In this document: positions 26,714 through 39,774 of the stretch, piece after piece
How the letters are laid out: each line of letters starts with the position of its first letter
How positions within the stretch are numbered: position 1 is the stretch's first letter
NCBI RefSeq assembly: GCF_006345805.1
Contig: NC_042999.1
Location: 75,454,001 to 75,518,000 of the forward strand
Direction of reading: 5' to 3'
DNA: 64,000 nt
Origin: Octopus sinensis
Lineage: Eukaryota
Notes under the pieces: generated by a model
Databases searched by the model: none
The model's input: only the letters and a program-made list of their open reading frames with translations
Told to the model about the DNA's origin: nothing
Translations under genes and position numbers: made by a program

Positions 26714-27128
26714 GAGTGGCTGTGCGGTAATTAGGTTGCTTACTAACCACATAGTTCCGGGTTCAGTCCCATTGCGTGGCACCTTGGGCAAGCGTCTTCT
26801 ACTAATAGCCTCGTGCCGACCAAAGCCTTGTGAGTGGATTTGGTTGACTGAAACTGAAAGAAGCCCATCGTATATATGCGTGTGTGCGTGTGTGTGTATG
26901 TGTTTCTGTTCTGTGTTTGTCACCCCAACATTGCTTGACAACCGATGCTGGTGTGCTTACGTCCCCGTAACTTAGCGGTTCGGTAAAAGAGACCGATAGA
27001 ATAAGTATTAGGCTTACAAAGAATAAGTTCAGGAGTCGATTTGCTCGACTAAAGGCGGTGCTCCAGCATGGCCGCAGTCAAATTACTGAAACAAGTAAAA
27101 GAATAAACGAATAAAAGAATAAAAGAAG
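26710..27128 (+). mobile_element. SINE family A, full length
   Basis: gagtggctgtgcggtaa...ggttcagtccc..tgcgtggcaccttgggcaag...gctcgactaaaggcggtgctccagcatggccgcagtc...(aaaagaat)n. Confidence 0.9.
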
Positions 27129-27129
27129 A

Positions 27130-27380
27130 TATAGTCCTGACCAAAATTTTGGAACATAGGTCTGCAAATTACAATATATATTTTAAGTGAGCAAAGTTAT
27201 ATTTAATTTGCAATATATCGTTACTTGGCCAAAAGTTTGGAACGTCGGTTTGAAAATTAGAAATTTTATATTAAATGCCCAAACTTACATTTGATTTGCA
27301 GTTCAGTATATTATTATTACTTACAGTAATATGGTAGGTATAACAATTTTAATTTAGGAAAACCGTTCCTAACTTTTGTA
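27130..27380. mobile_element. Tc1/mariner-like MITE fragment
   Basis: Starts ta-tagtcctgaccaaaattttggaac; the ccaaaa.tttggaac motif repeats at ~27229 and is inverted (gttcctaactttt) at ~27365. Confidence 0.45.
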
Positions 27381-27519
27381 TATACACACACACACACACA
27401 CATGTATATATATATTGGTAGAAATGGTAAGACAACAAAAGAATGAAAGAAACCATGATATTATTTAAATAAAGGAATTTATCTGTAAATAAAATATGTG
27501 ACAATTATTCGATAGCTAT

Positions 27520-27579
27520 GATAAAACTCCGAGTTTCGGATGTCGGGGCGGTACCCACGCCGCCATCTCTTCAGTTATC
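27520..27579 (-). ncRNA. Type I hammerhead motif
   Basis: GAUAA-CUGAAGA-GAUG-GCGG(CGUGGGUA)CCGC-CCCGA-CAUC-C-GAAAC-UC(G)GA-GUU-UUAUC. Confidence 0.65.
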
Positions 27580-27609
27580 GGACCATCGATAGCATTTTTT
27601 CGATGGCCC

Positions 27610-27670
27610 GATAGCTGAAGAGTTGGCGGTGTGGGTTTCCGCCTGGACATCCGAAACTCGGAGTTTTATC
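27610..27670 (+). ncRNA. Type I hammerhead motif (mirror copy)
   Basis: GAUAG-CUGAAGA-GUUGGCGG...CCGCC..ACAUCC-GAAAC-UCGGA-GUU-UUAUC. Confidence 0.55.
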
Positions 27671-27727
27671 ATAGCTATCGAATAATTGTCACATATATTT
27701 ACAGATATATATATATATATTTGTATG

Positions 27728-27777
<50 letters not shown>

Positions 27778-27892
27778 CATATATACATACATACATACAC
27801 AAACAGATACACACATGCACATACGCACACATAGTATCTATGTATGTATGTAGACATATATGTATATGTATCATATAAATATATATTGAGGT

Positions 27893-28263
27893 AGGTGCAG
27901 GAGTGGCTGTGTGGTAAGTAGGTTGCTTACCAACCACATGGTTCTGGGTTCAGTCCCACTGCGTGGCACCTTGGGCAAGTGTCTTCTACTATAGTCTCGG
28001 GCCGACCAAGTATAGTGACGGAAACTGAAAGAAGCCCGTCGTAGATATATATGTGTGTATGTGTGTGTGTGTGTGTTTGTGTTTGTCTCCCCTCCCCACA
28101 ACATCGCTTAACAACCGATGCTGGAGTGTTACGTCCCCGTAACGTAGCAGACCGATAGAATAAATATTAGGCTTTTACAAAGAATAAGTCCTGGGGTCAA
28201 TTTGCTCGACTAAAGGTGGTGCTCCATCATGACCGCAGTCAAAAGACTCTGAAACAAGTAAAA

Positions 28264-28267
<4 letters not shown>
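27893..28267 (+). mobile_element. SINE family A, with small internal deletions
   Basis: ggtgcaggagtggctgtgtggtaagt...gaaacaagtaaaagaat. Confidence 0.9.
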
Positions 28268-28299
<32 letters not shown>

Positions 28300-28418
28300 T
28301 ATATATATATAATTCACTCCATTTACGTATATGAACACACACACATATATAAATCAGTCCATATATATATATATGTACATACATACATATACACACATAT
28401 ATATATATATATTATATA

Positions 28419-28456
<38 letters not shown>

Positions 28457-28627
28457 AATATTAGGGAATAAATCCAAATTTACAGGGAAAAAATCAGATT
28501 TAGGATTAAATCGATTTTATAGTAAAATATTATAAAATATTATTCGAGACAAAACCACTATTTTGCAAAACAAACAAGGAAAGACTTAATCAAACATAAA
28601 ATTTTAATAAATAGTCAAAAAAAACCG

Positions 28628-28670
28628 CCACTACAATCGTTTCTTGTCTTGATCGACAATCTTCAGGTGG
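28628..28670 (-). ncRNA. Type I hammerhead ribozyme with intact core
   Basis: CCAC-CUGAAGA-UUGUC(GAUCAA)GACAA-GAAAC(GAUU)GU-A-GUGG: all three stems pair, GUA cleavage triplet. Confidence 0.8.
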
Positions 28671-28731
28671 ACTTCCAATAATTCAGTGTCAAATTATGAA
28701 CTTCATAATTTGACACTGAATTATTGGAAGT

Positions 28732-28772
28732 CCACCTGAAGATTGTCGATCAAGACAAGACGATTGTAGTGG
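28732..28772 (+). ncRNA. Mirror hammerhead with GAAAC reduced to GAC
   Basis: ccacctgaagattgtcgatcaagacaagacgattgtagtgg lacks two A of the core. Confidence 0.55.
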
Positions 28773-28887
28773 CGGTTTTTTTGACTATTTATTAAAATTT
28801 TATGTATTGATTAAGTCTTTCCTTGTTTGTTTTGCAAAATAGTGGTTTTGTCTCGAATAATATTTTATATATATATATATATATTAT

Positions 28888-28931
<44 letters not shown>

Positions 28932-29678
28932 GTGTGTGTGTGTGTTCTGTGTGTTGTGTGTGGTGTGTGTGTGTGTGTGTGTTTGTATTGTGTGTGATAT
29001 GTAAAGTAAATAGAAAATGTAAGGGGTTTTTGCGGCGAAAGTGAACTTGGATCATTCGATAATCGACTCCACTTGCCAGGAGCTTACTTCTGGCTCTATA
29101 GTATTCGCCACTCTGTTTGCATTATATATTAATCACGCTTCAACTGAAGAGCTCTTTCAATGTTTGTATTTCATATTACTGATATCTGTAGAACTTAAGT
29201 GCTGCTTAGATGTCGATGTGTGCCGTCTGTAATATCTCCTCTAAAGAGATGTTTAGCTATTTACCTAATGTATCAGCAATGTCTTCCCTCAAGAGATACA
29301 CATATATACCTCGCGGTTTATATTACGCATTAGCTGTGTCTAAACTACAACCACAAGTAGGTGCTTTCTGTGAGGCGTAATAAATTTCTAAATTGTTGAG
29401 TCGTAACCATCCCGGGTAATATTATCTAGAATGATTAAGAGATCAGGTTATGGTTAGGGCTGATAACACTCAGACTTAATGTCAGATTTGATGATAATTT
29501 ACTTCACTTATACCGTTAATGCATAACATATTTGCATTATTTTCCTTTTTCTACAAAACGGTGACTTAGTAAGACATAATTATATAAAACATTGTAGCAG
29601 CGCAGCAATTTCTCTCTTTCTTCTCCCCCTTTCTCTCTGTGTGTGTCTCTCACTCTCATATATATATATATATATGTG

Positions 29679-29748
<70 letters not shown>

Positions 29749-29764
29749 CGTGTGTGTGTATATG

Positions 29765-29798
<34 letters not shown>

Positions 29799-30048
29799 AT
29801 ATATTATATATGTTTACACATATATATATAAACATACATACATTTGTGTCTGTATGAATACGCACGCGTATCTTTCTGTCTATCTATCTATCTATCTAGC
29901 TATCTATATGCATATATATGTACATATATATTTACACATATAATTTTCTATATGTCTATGTCTGTGTCAATATGTTGAATGTTTGTATGCATATATGTGC
30001 ATCTATATATATGATGCATATACATAAATAGAAAACGTACATACACAC

Positions 30049-30106
<58 letters not shown>

Positions 30107-30476
30107 ATCTATGTGCACATATATAATATATATATATATATATATTATATATACGTCTTTATACATATGTATATATGTATAATATACATATGTATGTATA
30201 TATATATATATATCTATGTATATATGTATATGTATAATATGTGCATATATAAATGTATATATGAATATATATGAATATATATACACACAAACATATATAT
30301 ACATACACACGCACATATATATATACATACACACACACACATATGCACAAATGCTCGCACACATGTGGGCGCGCGCGCAGACACACACATATACACAGAT
30401 ATATATATAAGCTTCGATAATCTTAGATATATGTAAATATTAACGCGCATGTTTCTATCAGTCACTCTCTCTTACC

Positions 30477-30518
<42 letters not shown>

Positions 30519-30660
30519 GCTATGCACATATATGTATATATGAATACATACTTACATATAAATTACTCACTCACTGATGTATAACAAGCATGTACAGAAG
30601 CATATCATCTGTGAGAATGTATATAGATATTTTGTTTGTATGTATGTGTATATATATAAG

Positions 30661-30853
30661 TTTGAAAAAGGAAAGGAATGACTTCACTGGTAGCTCTAAA
30701 CAATTTAATTTTCTAATAATATAATTTTAGAGTTTAATCTAAAAATCAATCTGTCAAATTATATTATCAGAGAATTAAATTGGTCAGTACTACCCGTGAA
30801 GTCATTCCTTCCTTTTTCAAATATACTAACTCTACCAAAGACCTCACACATTT

Positions 30854-30857
<4 letters not shown>
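30661..30857. mobile_element. Asymmetric inverted-repeat element next to (TA)n, no ribozyme core seen
   Basis: Arms 30661-30727 and 30756-30821; right extension to ~30857. Confidence 0.7.
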
Positions 30858-30908
<51 letters not shown>

Positions 30909-30951
30909 ATGCATATATATATATGTGTGTGTGTGTTTGTGTGTGTGTATC

Positions 30952-30987
<36 letters not shown>

Positions 30988-31003
30988 AAATAGCGGCAAT
31001 ATA

Positions 31004-31056
<53 letters not shown>

Positions 31057-32157
31057 CATACATAAAATATGTACTTATACACATATCTATAGGATTTCAG
31101 CATCCAACACACATATACGAATATACACATATTTTCACTTATACATGCATACAACCATCCATCCATCCATCATACATACATACATACATACATACATACA
31201 CGCACACACATATAGGTCGATAGATATATAAATACATACACATAGCTAAATAAGCTTACATGCATATCTGTACATACACACAAACGCATGTGTATATGTG
31301 TATGTTTATGCACATTTAGCTGAATCTCAAGCCCGTTGCGAATTCCCAAGTTTAATCTGTTTACATTGCTTGTTCCTCTATTGGCCGTAGTAAATCATGT
31401 TCATCACACAATCCTTGTAACCTAAATCGTCCAATTAATTTAGAAAATAATTAAAAAATCGTCATATATAAGAGAGAGAAGAGAGAGAGTATAAATGAAG
31501 AAGACAGAGTGAGAGAGATGGAAGAGGAGAACTATTGGGATTTGTGGTTGCTATAGCGAGTGTTAAAGATAGCAGCAGTAAATCATATAGTTTGTGTTTG
31601 TGTGTTAGAAATGGCAAATAGCGTTCTATGACTGCTTAGAAGAGCGTTTACAAGTGTCAGTATAGAATATGTCGTTTTTATACGCTGCAATCTATGGAAG
31701 ACATAGATCGCACAAATAGTTGGTCAGTAATGCATTATGGGAGATTGCAAGAGATTAAATTATTTTTCAATTTCCCTTAGCAGCTCCTAAAATTGATCCA
31801 TCATATTTACCTGATATTAAGAGGAAGTTAATATTTTCCTTTCAAAGATTGTTTTCAATTTCCTTATCTTGGCTTTTAGACCAATTCTTTTATTGCTTTC
31901 AGAAAAATAGTTGTTATTAGAATTTGAAAAGAAAAGCAAGAAGAATCAAGAGCAAGCAAAAATATTCCTCAGATAAAATAAGGAAAACCAAAGCGTAGCA
32001 CATCTATATTGTAATCATTTCCTAGTCATGCATAATATTGACTTGGTCACTTTTGATGATGGTTCTCCACGATCCGAATTTATCAACACTCCCACCCCAC
32101 CCCTAAAAGAAAAAGAAACGATCGTCTCTCATTCCTATGCAGTAGTTTTAATTAATA

Positions 32158-32548
32158 CTAGTAGTATCGCCCGGCGTTGCTCGGGTTTGTTTCGTCCCTT
32201 TAGAATTGAAATTTTTGAAAAGTAAAAAATTTGCACTATGTAGCTTGTTATTCTCTTTAAGTGAACATTTTTCTGGTTGAAATACACCCAAAAATGGCGA
32301 CACAGCACTTAAAAAATCGTAAAAAATAGGGATTTTCATAGAAAAAAAGCACCTTTTTGATGTAAATAATTTTTGGTGTTAACATGGTCCGATTTGAAGT
32401 TTTCTTCTACTGAAGGAAGAGCAAGCCTTATTCTATCATACTCTCAATTTTGGTCAACTTGCGCCGCAGGGTCTCGGAGGAGATAGTGTTAGTTGAAGGC
32501 TACCAAACCTGCCATACACAGACAACTTCAGCTTTATATATAGAGAGA
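32158..32548 (-). mobile_element. Non-autonomous Helitron
   Basis: Minus strand starts A|TCTCTCTATATATAAAG and ends with hairpin cccgagcaacgccggg then CTAG|T; no TSD. Confidence 0.85.
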
Positions 32549-33165
32549 TTTTCGTAACTCTCTTTGGATTGTATCTTTAAATCTAAAAATTCCCCTACTT
32601 TGATATGTGACGACGGGTGAGCAACTTGCCTCCTTAACGTAGTTTTTGCTTTTAACAACTTTGCAGACAATCCATGTGCAGCTGTAGATGATTTTGAAAG
32701 CTTTTTTTAATAAATGATTATTCCTCATGTTTCTTTCAACAACAACCATCATCATGGAAGCTCATTATAAATTGTGTTCCGACCGTGACTATCTTGCCTA
32801 TGGTGTCAAACATACTATACCAACAACTACATTACTCAGTATATACGTCTTATTTTTTAAAGTCGGTGTCGTTTAAGGGGAATATAGCTGTTATTTCTTG
32901 TAAATTTAGTGAATATTTTATGGTACAAATGGTAATCTCTCCAAAAACAGGATTATGAAGTAAAACATTCAGTTTGATACTTATGCAAAATAGATTGTTG
33001 GACAAAATGACATTCTATAACATGATTTTTTATTCTGTAAATTAATAGAAATTAACAATACATAAACACACACTCACACACGCACACACACATGCAAGAA
33101 AAATTATAACCTACGCATGCAGGCACAAATATTACAGACACACACAAAGACAAAAATATACATGC

Positions 33166-33206
<41 letters not shown>

Positions 33207-33252
33207 GTCATGTATATATGAATATATTACACATATACACATATATATTCAC

Positions 33253-33287
<35 letters not shown>

Positions 33288-33555
33288 CATATACAATATA
33301 CATACATATAAATAAATAAGTATATATATATATATATGTATATATACACACAACACATACATATATAGATATATTTACACACACATTTATGTGCATGTAG
33401 AGAAATGTTTCAACCAAGATATATACCCTTATATGGACGCGAACAAACATGTGTGTGTTTGTGTGTTGTGTGTGTGGTGTGTCTATGTATGTATGTATGT
33501 ATATATTTATATATATATAAATATATCGACATATATTTTATATGCACGCACAAAA

Positions 33556-33608
<53 letters not shown>

Positions 33609-33642
33609 GTAATATACAACACATATATATTTACGTACATAC

Positions 33643-33689
<47 letters not shown>

Positions 33690-33693
33690 ATAA

Positions 33694-33730
<37 letters not shown>

Positions 33731-34129
33731 ATTATTAATATATATATATATATAGAGAGGAGAGAGAGAGAAGAAAAGAGGGTGAGGGACATGAAATGGA
33801 CAGAAAGGAATGGATATTAATATACATATATGCATATGTTGCATATATATTTATGCATAGTAATTTGTACACCTTTCTATTTATCTCTCTCTGTCTGTTT
33901 TTCTTTCTCTTACGAATAAATACAAAGCAAAAGGAATATACTGGTATGGTATATATATATATATGAAATAAATAACTTGAGTTTCAGCCACGGGATTTGA
34001 GATGAAACTCTTGCCAAATGCGTATCACTAACTTACTAGACAGCCATGTAGGTATGTATATCTGCCTTCTTAGAAATATATATATATATATACGTGTGTG
34101 TATGTACATGAGTGTGTGTGTGTGTATGG

Positions 34130-34320
34130 TGAATGAGAAAGAGCAAGAAAAACGACCAGTGGGACAAGTTTTCAGAAAGTTCTTCTTACTCTCACGTTTG
34201 AACAGAAAAGGAGAAGAGGTTTTTGACATTTCGGACATTAGATTCCTTCATTAGGAAAGAGAATGGAAGAATGCGTGGGTGGAAAAAAAGGGAGGAAGCG
34301 AAAGAAGGAAGAAATAATGA
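34130..34320 (-). mobile_element. Decayed PLE-end-like repeat with hammerhead remnant
   Basis: 34221-34258 minus: UUUC-CUAAUGA-A-GGA(AUCUAAUG)UCC-GAAAU-GUC-AAAA. Confidence 0.45.
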
Positions 34321-35324
34321 AATACAGAACAAGAAGTACTTGCGGATTGAGTGAAAATGTTGATCTATGGGGAGGAGTTAAGAAGAGATGAAGAGGCAGT
34401 GTGATGTGTGCATATATATGAGAGTATTTGTGTAAGGTGTTGGGTATAAGGATATGTTTGTAAGTGGAGTAGAGTGCAGATGGTTAGCTGGGGATGAGTA
34501 GGCTTAAGTGGGAGGCATGGAAAAAGGGGAAAAACAGGGACGAAAAAGGTGTCGTTGGAGACAAGATATGTACAAGATCAAAGGAATTTTTACAAGTCGA
34601 AAAATATAGTGGAAAATTAAATAGATTAGGCATATTTATACATATATACATACATGCACATATATACATACATACGCGCAAATACACACACTCAAACACA
34701 CACGCGCACACACACACACTTATCTATATATACACACACATACATATATACACGCAACACATGCACATACCTATATGTAAACATATGTAAATCTAATAGT
34801 TTCTGTATTTCGTTCTTGTATTTGTTTTGTGGGATTCTAATTCTCTCAAGCACACTTTTCCACACACATATGTGAATATATATGTTGATATGTATATGTG
34901 TACACCTGCATACACACATACATATATGTGTACAGACGCATATACACAGAAGCACTTATATATGTACATGCTTAAGGCCCAACTGTCCACGATTCTTGTA
35001 AAAATGAGTGTATAGTATATTTGCCCATAAATTAAAAATGAAATAACTGTAATATTCACGTTGATAATATCTATGTCAAACACACACACACAGTCCACGC
35101 AACCTGCGAGTCATATGCTCTCTCGTTAGATTACTTTATAACCTATTATAAACACATCACCATCACGTGTAAAGTAATGCTTCATGAGAGACATTAATTT
35201 CCAATACATGTAATATCTAATATAATGTAATATACATGCTGCATATATTACATTACATTTCTTTTTTATGTAGTAATGAGTAATATCTGAAAATTTTGCA
35301 TGATATCATAATAAAATTCCTTCT

Positions 35325-35645
35325 CCTTTTGACACAAGCACAGCAATTTTATGGAGCTGGAGAGTCGATTATATCGACTCTAGTGCTCAACTATCGACCT
35401 CCGAAATAATGAAAGGCAAAACTGATCTCGGTGGCATTTGAACTTACATCGCAAAGCTGAAAGAAATACTGATAAATATTTAGCACAGGATCGGCAAATT
35501 GAGTGGAGAAGGTAGTCGATTCACTAGTACTTCATTTTATTTAATCCCGAACGGACGAAAGTCGACGTCGGCGGGATTTGAGGTCAACAGAAATGTCGCA
35601 AATCATTTTACTGACGCACCAACGATTCTGTCAACACGCCGCCTT
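35325..35645 (-). mobile_element. Two tandem SINE family B copies
   Basis: gaaaggcaaa..gatctcggtggcatttgaac and gaaagtcgacgtcggcgggatttga...aacgattctgtcaacacgccgcc. Confidence 0.7.
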
Positions 35646-35929
35646 TCCATAGCAGTGATAATGTTAATGATAATAACAATAATGATAAAAAGTGCAAATA
35701 CGTTGAGCGCAATATAAAGGCGATAAACACGAAAAGAGAAAACAAGAAAGATTGGGGGATTAAAATCGAGCAAAACGTTGAGCAACAATAACGATTAAAA
35801 ACTTTAAAATAATAGTAGAACATGAGATAGGAACAAGGAAAGGATTCCTAAGTTGAGGGGAAAAAACATATTGAGGGTTTCGAAGTATCCCACACAACAC
35901 TGTGTGTGCCTTTTACCAATTCTTGTTAT

Positions 35930-36560
35930 TATCCTGCAGCTGTATAGTTAGAGTGCGTCCGTTTAGCTGGACCAGTTTTGCCACAAATTTTTCACAAAAT
36001 TTACTGGAGGGCTGCACCTGCCTCTTTCCTTTATTTACCTTTACAGTTATTACTTGAAGATGCTGATGAAGGTGTGGTTGAAAGGTAAATATCTGTTCTT
36101 AGATCTTTCGACATTGTCGCCGTACTTCCTTTGCTAAAGCCAACATACAAAGAAACAGTATCTACTCTCCATTGTAATTCTATCTTCAGGATAGACACAG
36201 CTGATAGCTGCCTCCTTCCTGTTCGTAATAAAAAATCTTGGATATAAACCACAAATCAGCAATGCCTATACAGTGGAAGAACGCGTGTTACACCTTTTCG
36301 TCAATTTGTGTGCAATTCATCAAAGTGTTCGCTCTGATAGGGATCTGCACGTAAATTTTAAATGGATCAGCTGCTGTTTCCCTTACTAAACTATCAGAAC
36401 AAAGATTATCCATAATGGTCCATAATTCCTGAGATAAAAATCCTCAAAGAAAGACTACTCATACTGTACTCGTCAATACCCAGAATAGTTACGAGGCCAA
36501 CGTTGTACTAACCCTCAGTCGAATGTGAAAGTTGGATTTTTCCCATACATACATGGGACA
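35930..36560 (-). mobile_element. Tx1/L1-like LINE ORF2 C-terminal remnant
   Basis: Minus-strand NCTQIDEKV*HAFFHCIGIADLW (CCHC zinc-knuckle pattern) followed by MLALAKEV. Confidence 0.6.
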
Positions 36561-36664
36561 GCTAATAGAGTGCAATAAGCGTCCGGCAACAACAACAACA
36601 ACGACAACAACAACAACAACACATCAACAACGACAATAATAATAATAATAATAATATAATAATA

Positions 36665-36708
<44 letters not shown>

Positions 36709-36710
<2 letters not shown>

Positions 36711-36955
36711 CATAGTAGGTGCATTAGGCATGATAAAAAAATATTCAGACAAATACATAACAAAAACACCAGGACTTACAAACACATATAACATACAGAA
36801 AATTGCACTACTAGGCACTGCACACATCCTACGCAGAACACTTCCATACAATAACCATCAGAGCATCACAACAAATCACAGCACATACCCAAGGCCACAG
36901 AGCTGCGCTCGGTAGTGAAGTGAAGCACGCTATAAAAATAAAAATAAAACTACTG
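36709..36955 (+). mobile_element. 5'-truncated Dong/R4-type LINE 3' end in (TAA)n
   Basis: IIVGALGMIKKYSDKYITKTPGLTNTYNIQKIALLGTAHILRRTL, then 3' UTR, then (TAA)n. Confidence 0.85.
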
Positions 36956-37027
36956 AATAATAATAATAATGATGATGATGATAATGATGATGATGATGAT
37001 GATGATGATATGATGATAATAATAATA

Positions 37028-37064
<37 letters not shown>

Positions 37065-37067
37065 TAG

Positions 37068-37204
37068 TACAACATCCCCACCCCCCAAATATATGGCACA
37101 TAGGCATAAACAACAAATGAACTTCAACCCTGTTGTCTCTTTGAGGTCTCTGGGTGAGACTTGGAGCCAACTTGTACAAATATAAAGCAAAAGTCAAACA
37201 TAGA
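37068..37204 (+). mobile_element. Short LINE 3'-end-like fragment between (TAA)n tracts
   Basis: gaggtctctgggtgagacttgga resembles gaggtccttgttgggacttga in the 3' UTR at ~49280; ends in (TAA)n. Confidence 0.5.
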
Positions 37205-37225
37205 TAATAATAATAATAATAATAA

Positions 37226-37788
37226 ACCCATTCCCTGATGCAGTACCAGGCAGCGGCTCTCATGGCTTCTGATCTTAACTGACTGGAAGTGTTATCATGT
37301 ACATTGTTTTGTCTTGGTATAAAAGATGGACTACAGCAAATATTCTGCTCAATACCACAGATTTGTTTGTCAGTTGTTTGACCGTAACCAGTTGAGCATG
37401 TCCCTTAGTGGTTGACGATATGTGCATCTCTGATCACATGTAGAAGTAGTGGGGGAGCATCATAGCCATGTGTTGAGAGGGAGTCTTTGGGGTTTGAATG
37501 ATTCACCTCTGGAAACATGGGTGTTTCATTCAACATCCTTAAACAACCCTTAATCAGGGACCTTTTGAGTGGGATGGGTTATTCAACCAGAAGAAAATTC
37601 TAACTGGGCCCCACCCGCAAGGTCATGTGCTGTTTATCTTGTTATGAGATGACCATGTCGCGCACATATGGTTGTGATGCATGTGCCTGGTGCACCCTTA
37701 TCAGACGGGTAGTCATGATCGGTATACTGGGCTTCGTATATTTGTACCCCAGTGTCACTTTGATGGCATGCACTGCTCTCTCACTCAA
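37226..37788 (+). mobile_element. Non-coding ~560-bp interspersed repeat bounded by (TAA)n
   Basis: Flanked on both sides by (TAA)n; a decayed inverted partial copy lies at ~40450-40560; no long ORF. Strand assumed from the tail. Confidence 0.6.
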
Positions 37789-37849
37789 TAATAATAATAA
37801 AAAATGAAAAAAAAAATGATAATAATAATAATAATAATAATAAGTTCAG

Positions 37850-39420
37850 TAGGTGTCATAAATTGATTGCAAAGCAGTTTGACGCATTAATTGATGGAGC
37901 AGAAATTTCAGGGTGGTTGAGCAAAGGACGAACGGTGATATGCTTGACGGATGTATCGAAAGGAATTACTGCCGATAATAACAGATCAATTTCATGCTTT
38001 CTGTTAATGTGGAAGTTACTGCCAGACGAGATGTACATAAGAAATGTACAAATTTCTTAATGTACAAATTTAGAAATGTACAAATTTCTTAATGATAATA
38101 TCATTTTACCAATGGAACAAAAGGGTGGTAGGAGGAAATTCAAAGGTACTAAAAACCAATATTGATAGCTGAAATGGTCAAGTAAGATTGTAAGCAAAGG
38201 AGGACAAATTTGGGAATGAACTGGATTGATTAACGCATAGCTTATATGATTCCACATTTGTGGATCATTGAGTGCTTAGATATGTTTAGAATTGTAAGAG
38301 AAGTATGGTGGGTTGAAAAACTGAATTTACATCGTATGGATAAAGCTTTGCTAATCTGAGCATCAAGAGAGTGATTTTCCAAGGAGGTAGCTTGCTCTCT
38401 CTGATTTTGGTGCGGATGAAAATGAACCTGGGATATCAGTTCTAGGAAAAAATGCAGAATCAACTACTTCCTCTTCATGGATGATTTGTAGCTGCATGGT
38501 AAGGATGAGGTATAGGTGAGTTTCTTGGTAAATACGATCCACTGTATTAGTGCTGATATTAAGATGGAATTTGGACACAAGAGGTGTGGCGTAATGGGTC
38601 TTGGAAGAGGTGAGGTACAATCCCTGTCAGGGATAGAATGATCAAATAAGGAATTAATGAAACTAATTGAAAAGGAAAGCTATAAGTATATTGGCATACT
38701 AGAATTCAATGAAATCACGAAGAAGGAAATTAAAGAACAACTGAAGAAAGATTATTTCTGAAGACAACGATTGGTGCTGTGCTCAAAATTGATTGGATGG
38801 AATAAAATACAAGCTGTAAATACATGGGACGATAGCTTCACTTAGCAATGGAGTTGAAATCATAACCTGACAAAAGAATGAGCTCATGAGTATGGATACG
38901 AAGAAACGGAAATTATTGACACTAAAAGCGACACTGATCAGTTACGCGTGTCCAGAAGAAAAGCTAGGAGAGGTTTGATCAGTTGTCAGGAATGTGTAGA
39001 AGCAGAGGAAACCAGTTCGGTATAGTATGTAAAAATGCTGTGGAACCATTTGTTGAAAGCATGTGAAGTCTGCCATCATTAAAACTGATAACTGTATTGG
39101 GAAAGAGAAATATAAAGAGGTAAAAATCACAAAAAAATTAGCACAACATGAATACAAAAGGTGACATGACAATTTAGCAAGAATGACCCATTGGGAGTTT
39201 CATGGAAATTAGTGTCCAAGAAGATCAAAGACGTGCTATGACCAAATCTCAGAAGAAGTTATTGAGAATGAAGATTGCAAAATCCTGTGGGATGCATTGA
39301 TTCACCGTGACCATCAGATTAAACACTGAAAGCTTGACATTGTTATAGCGAACAAAAAGAAATACATGCTTGATAATTGACAAAACATGTCCTGGTGACA
39401 GCAGGATTAGTCATAACCGA
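37850..39420 (+). mobile_element. Degenerate Dong/R4-type LINE (RT to RLE)
   Basis: WLSKGRTV, NNRSISCFLLMWKLL, EQKG...GTKNQ, AYMIPH.W, LFMDDL.L, MEFG..KC-like, YKYIGILE, KILWDALI...DH, IIDKTCPGDSR motifs with many stops. Confidence 0.85.
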
Positions 39421-39444
39421 ATACCCTCCCATTGGGTTACAGAT

Positions 39445-39544
39445 NNNNNNNNNNNNNNNNNNNNNNNNNNNNNNNNNNNNNNNNNNNNNNNNNNNNNNNN
39501 NNNNNNNNNNNNNNNNNNNNNNNNNNNNNNNNNNNNNNNNNNNN
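39445..39544. other. Assembly gap (100 N)
   Basis: Run of N. Confidence 1.
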
Positions 39545-39774
39545 TTTTATATGTCCATGTCCTTCCACTTTTTGCGAACTAATATATTATATTATATATT
39601 ACTTATCTTCAAATCGACGAGCAAGAAATGGCGAATACTGACAGAATTCATTAAAATATTACTAGAAAAGATATAACAAAATTAAGAATCATCATTGCCA
39701 TCATCATCATCATCATCGTCGTAGTCGTCGTCGTCGTCGTCGTCACCTATCATCATCACATCATCATCATCATC

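Larger units (their letters stand above)
27415..27706. mobile_element. Asymmetric palindromic element in (TA)n with two divergent hammerheads
   Basis: Arms 27481-27589 and 27600-27706; ~65-bp left extension. Confidence 0.8.
28462..28869. mobile_element. Near-perfect ~340-bp palindrome with left extension, in (TA)n
   Basis: Arms 28531-28700 and 28702-28869 around a single central C at 28701. Confidence 0.9.

Noticed and set aside
29075-29135. SGSIVFATLFALYIN as a LINE RT motif
   Set aside because: Single short motif without flanking support.
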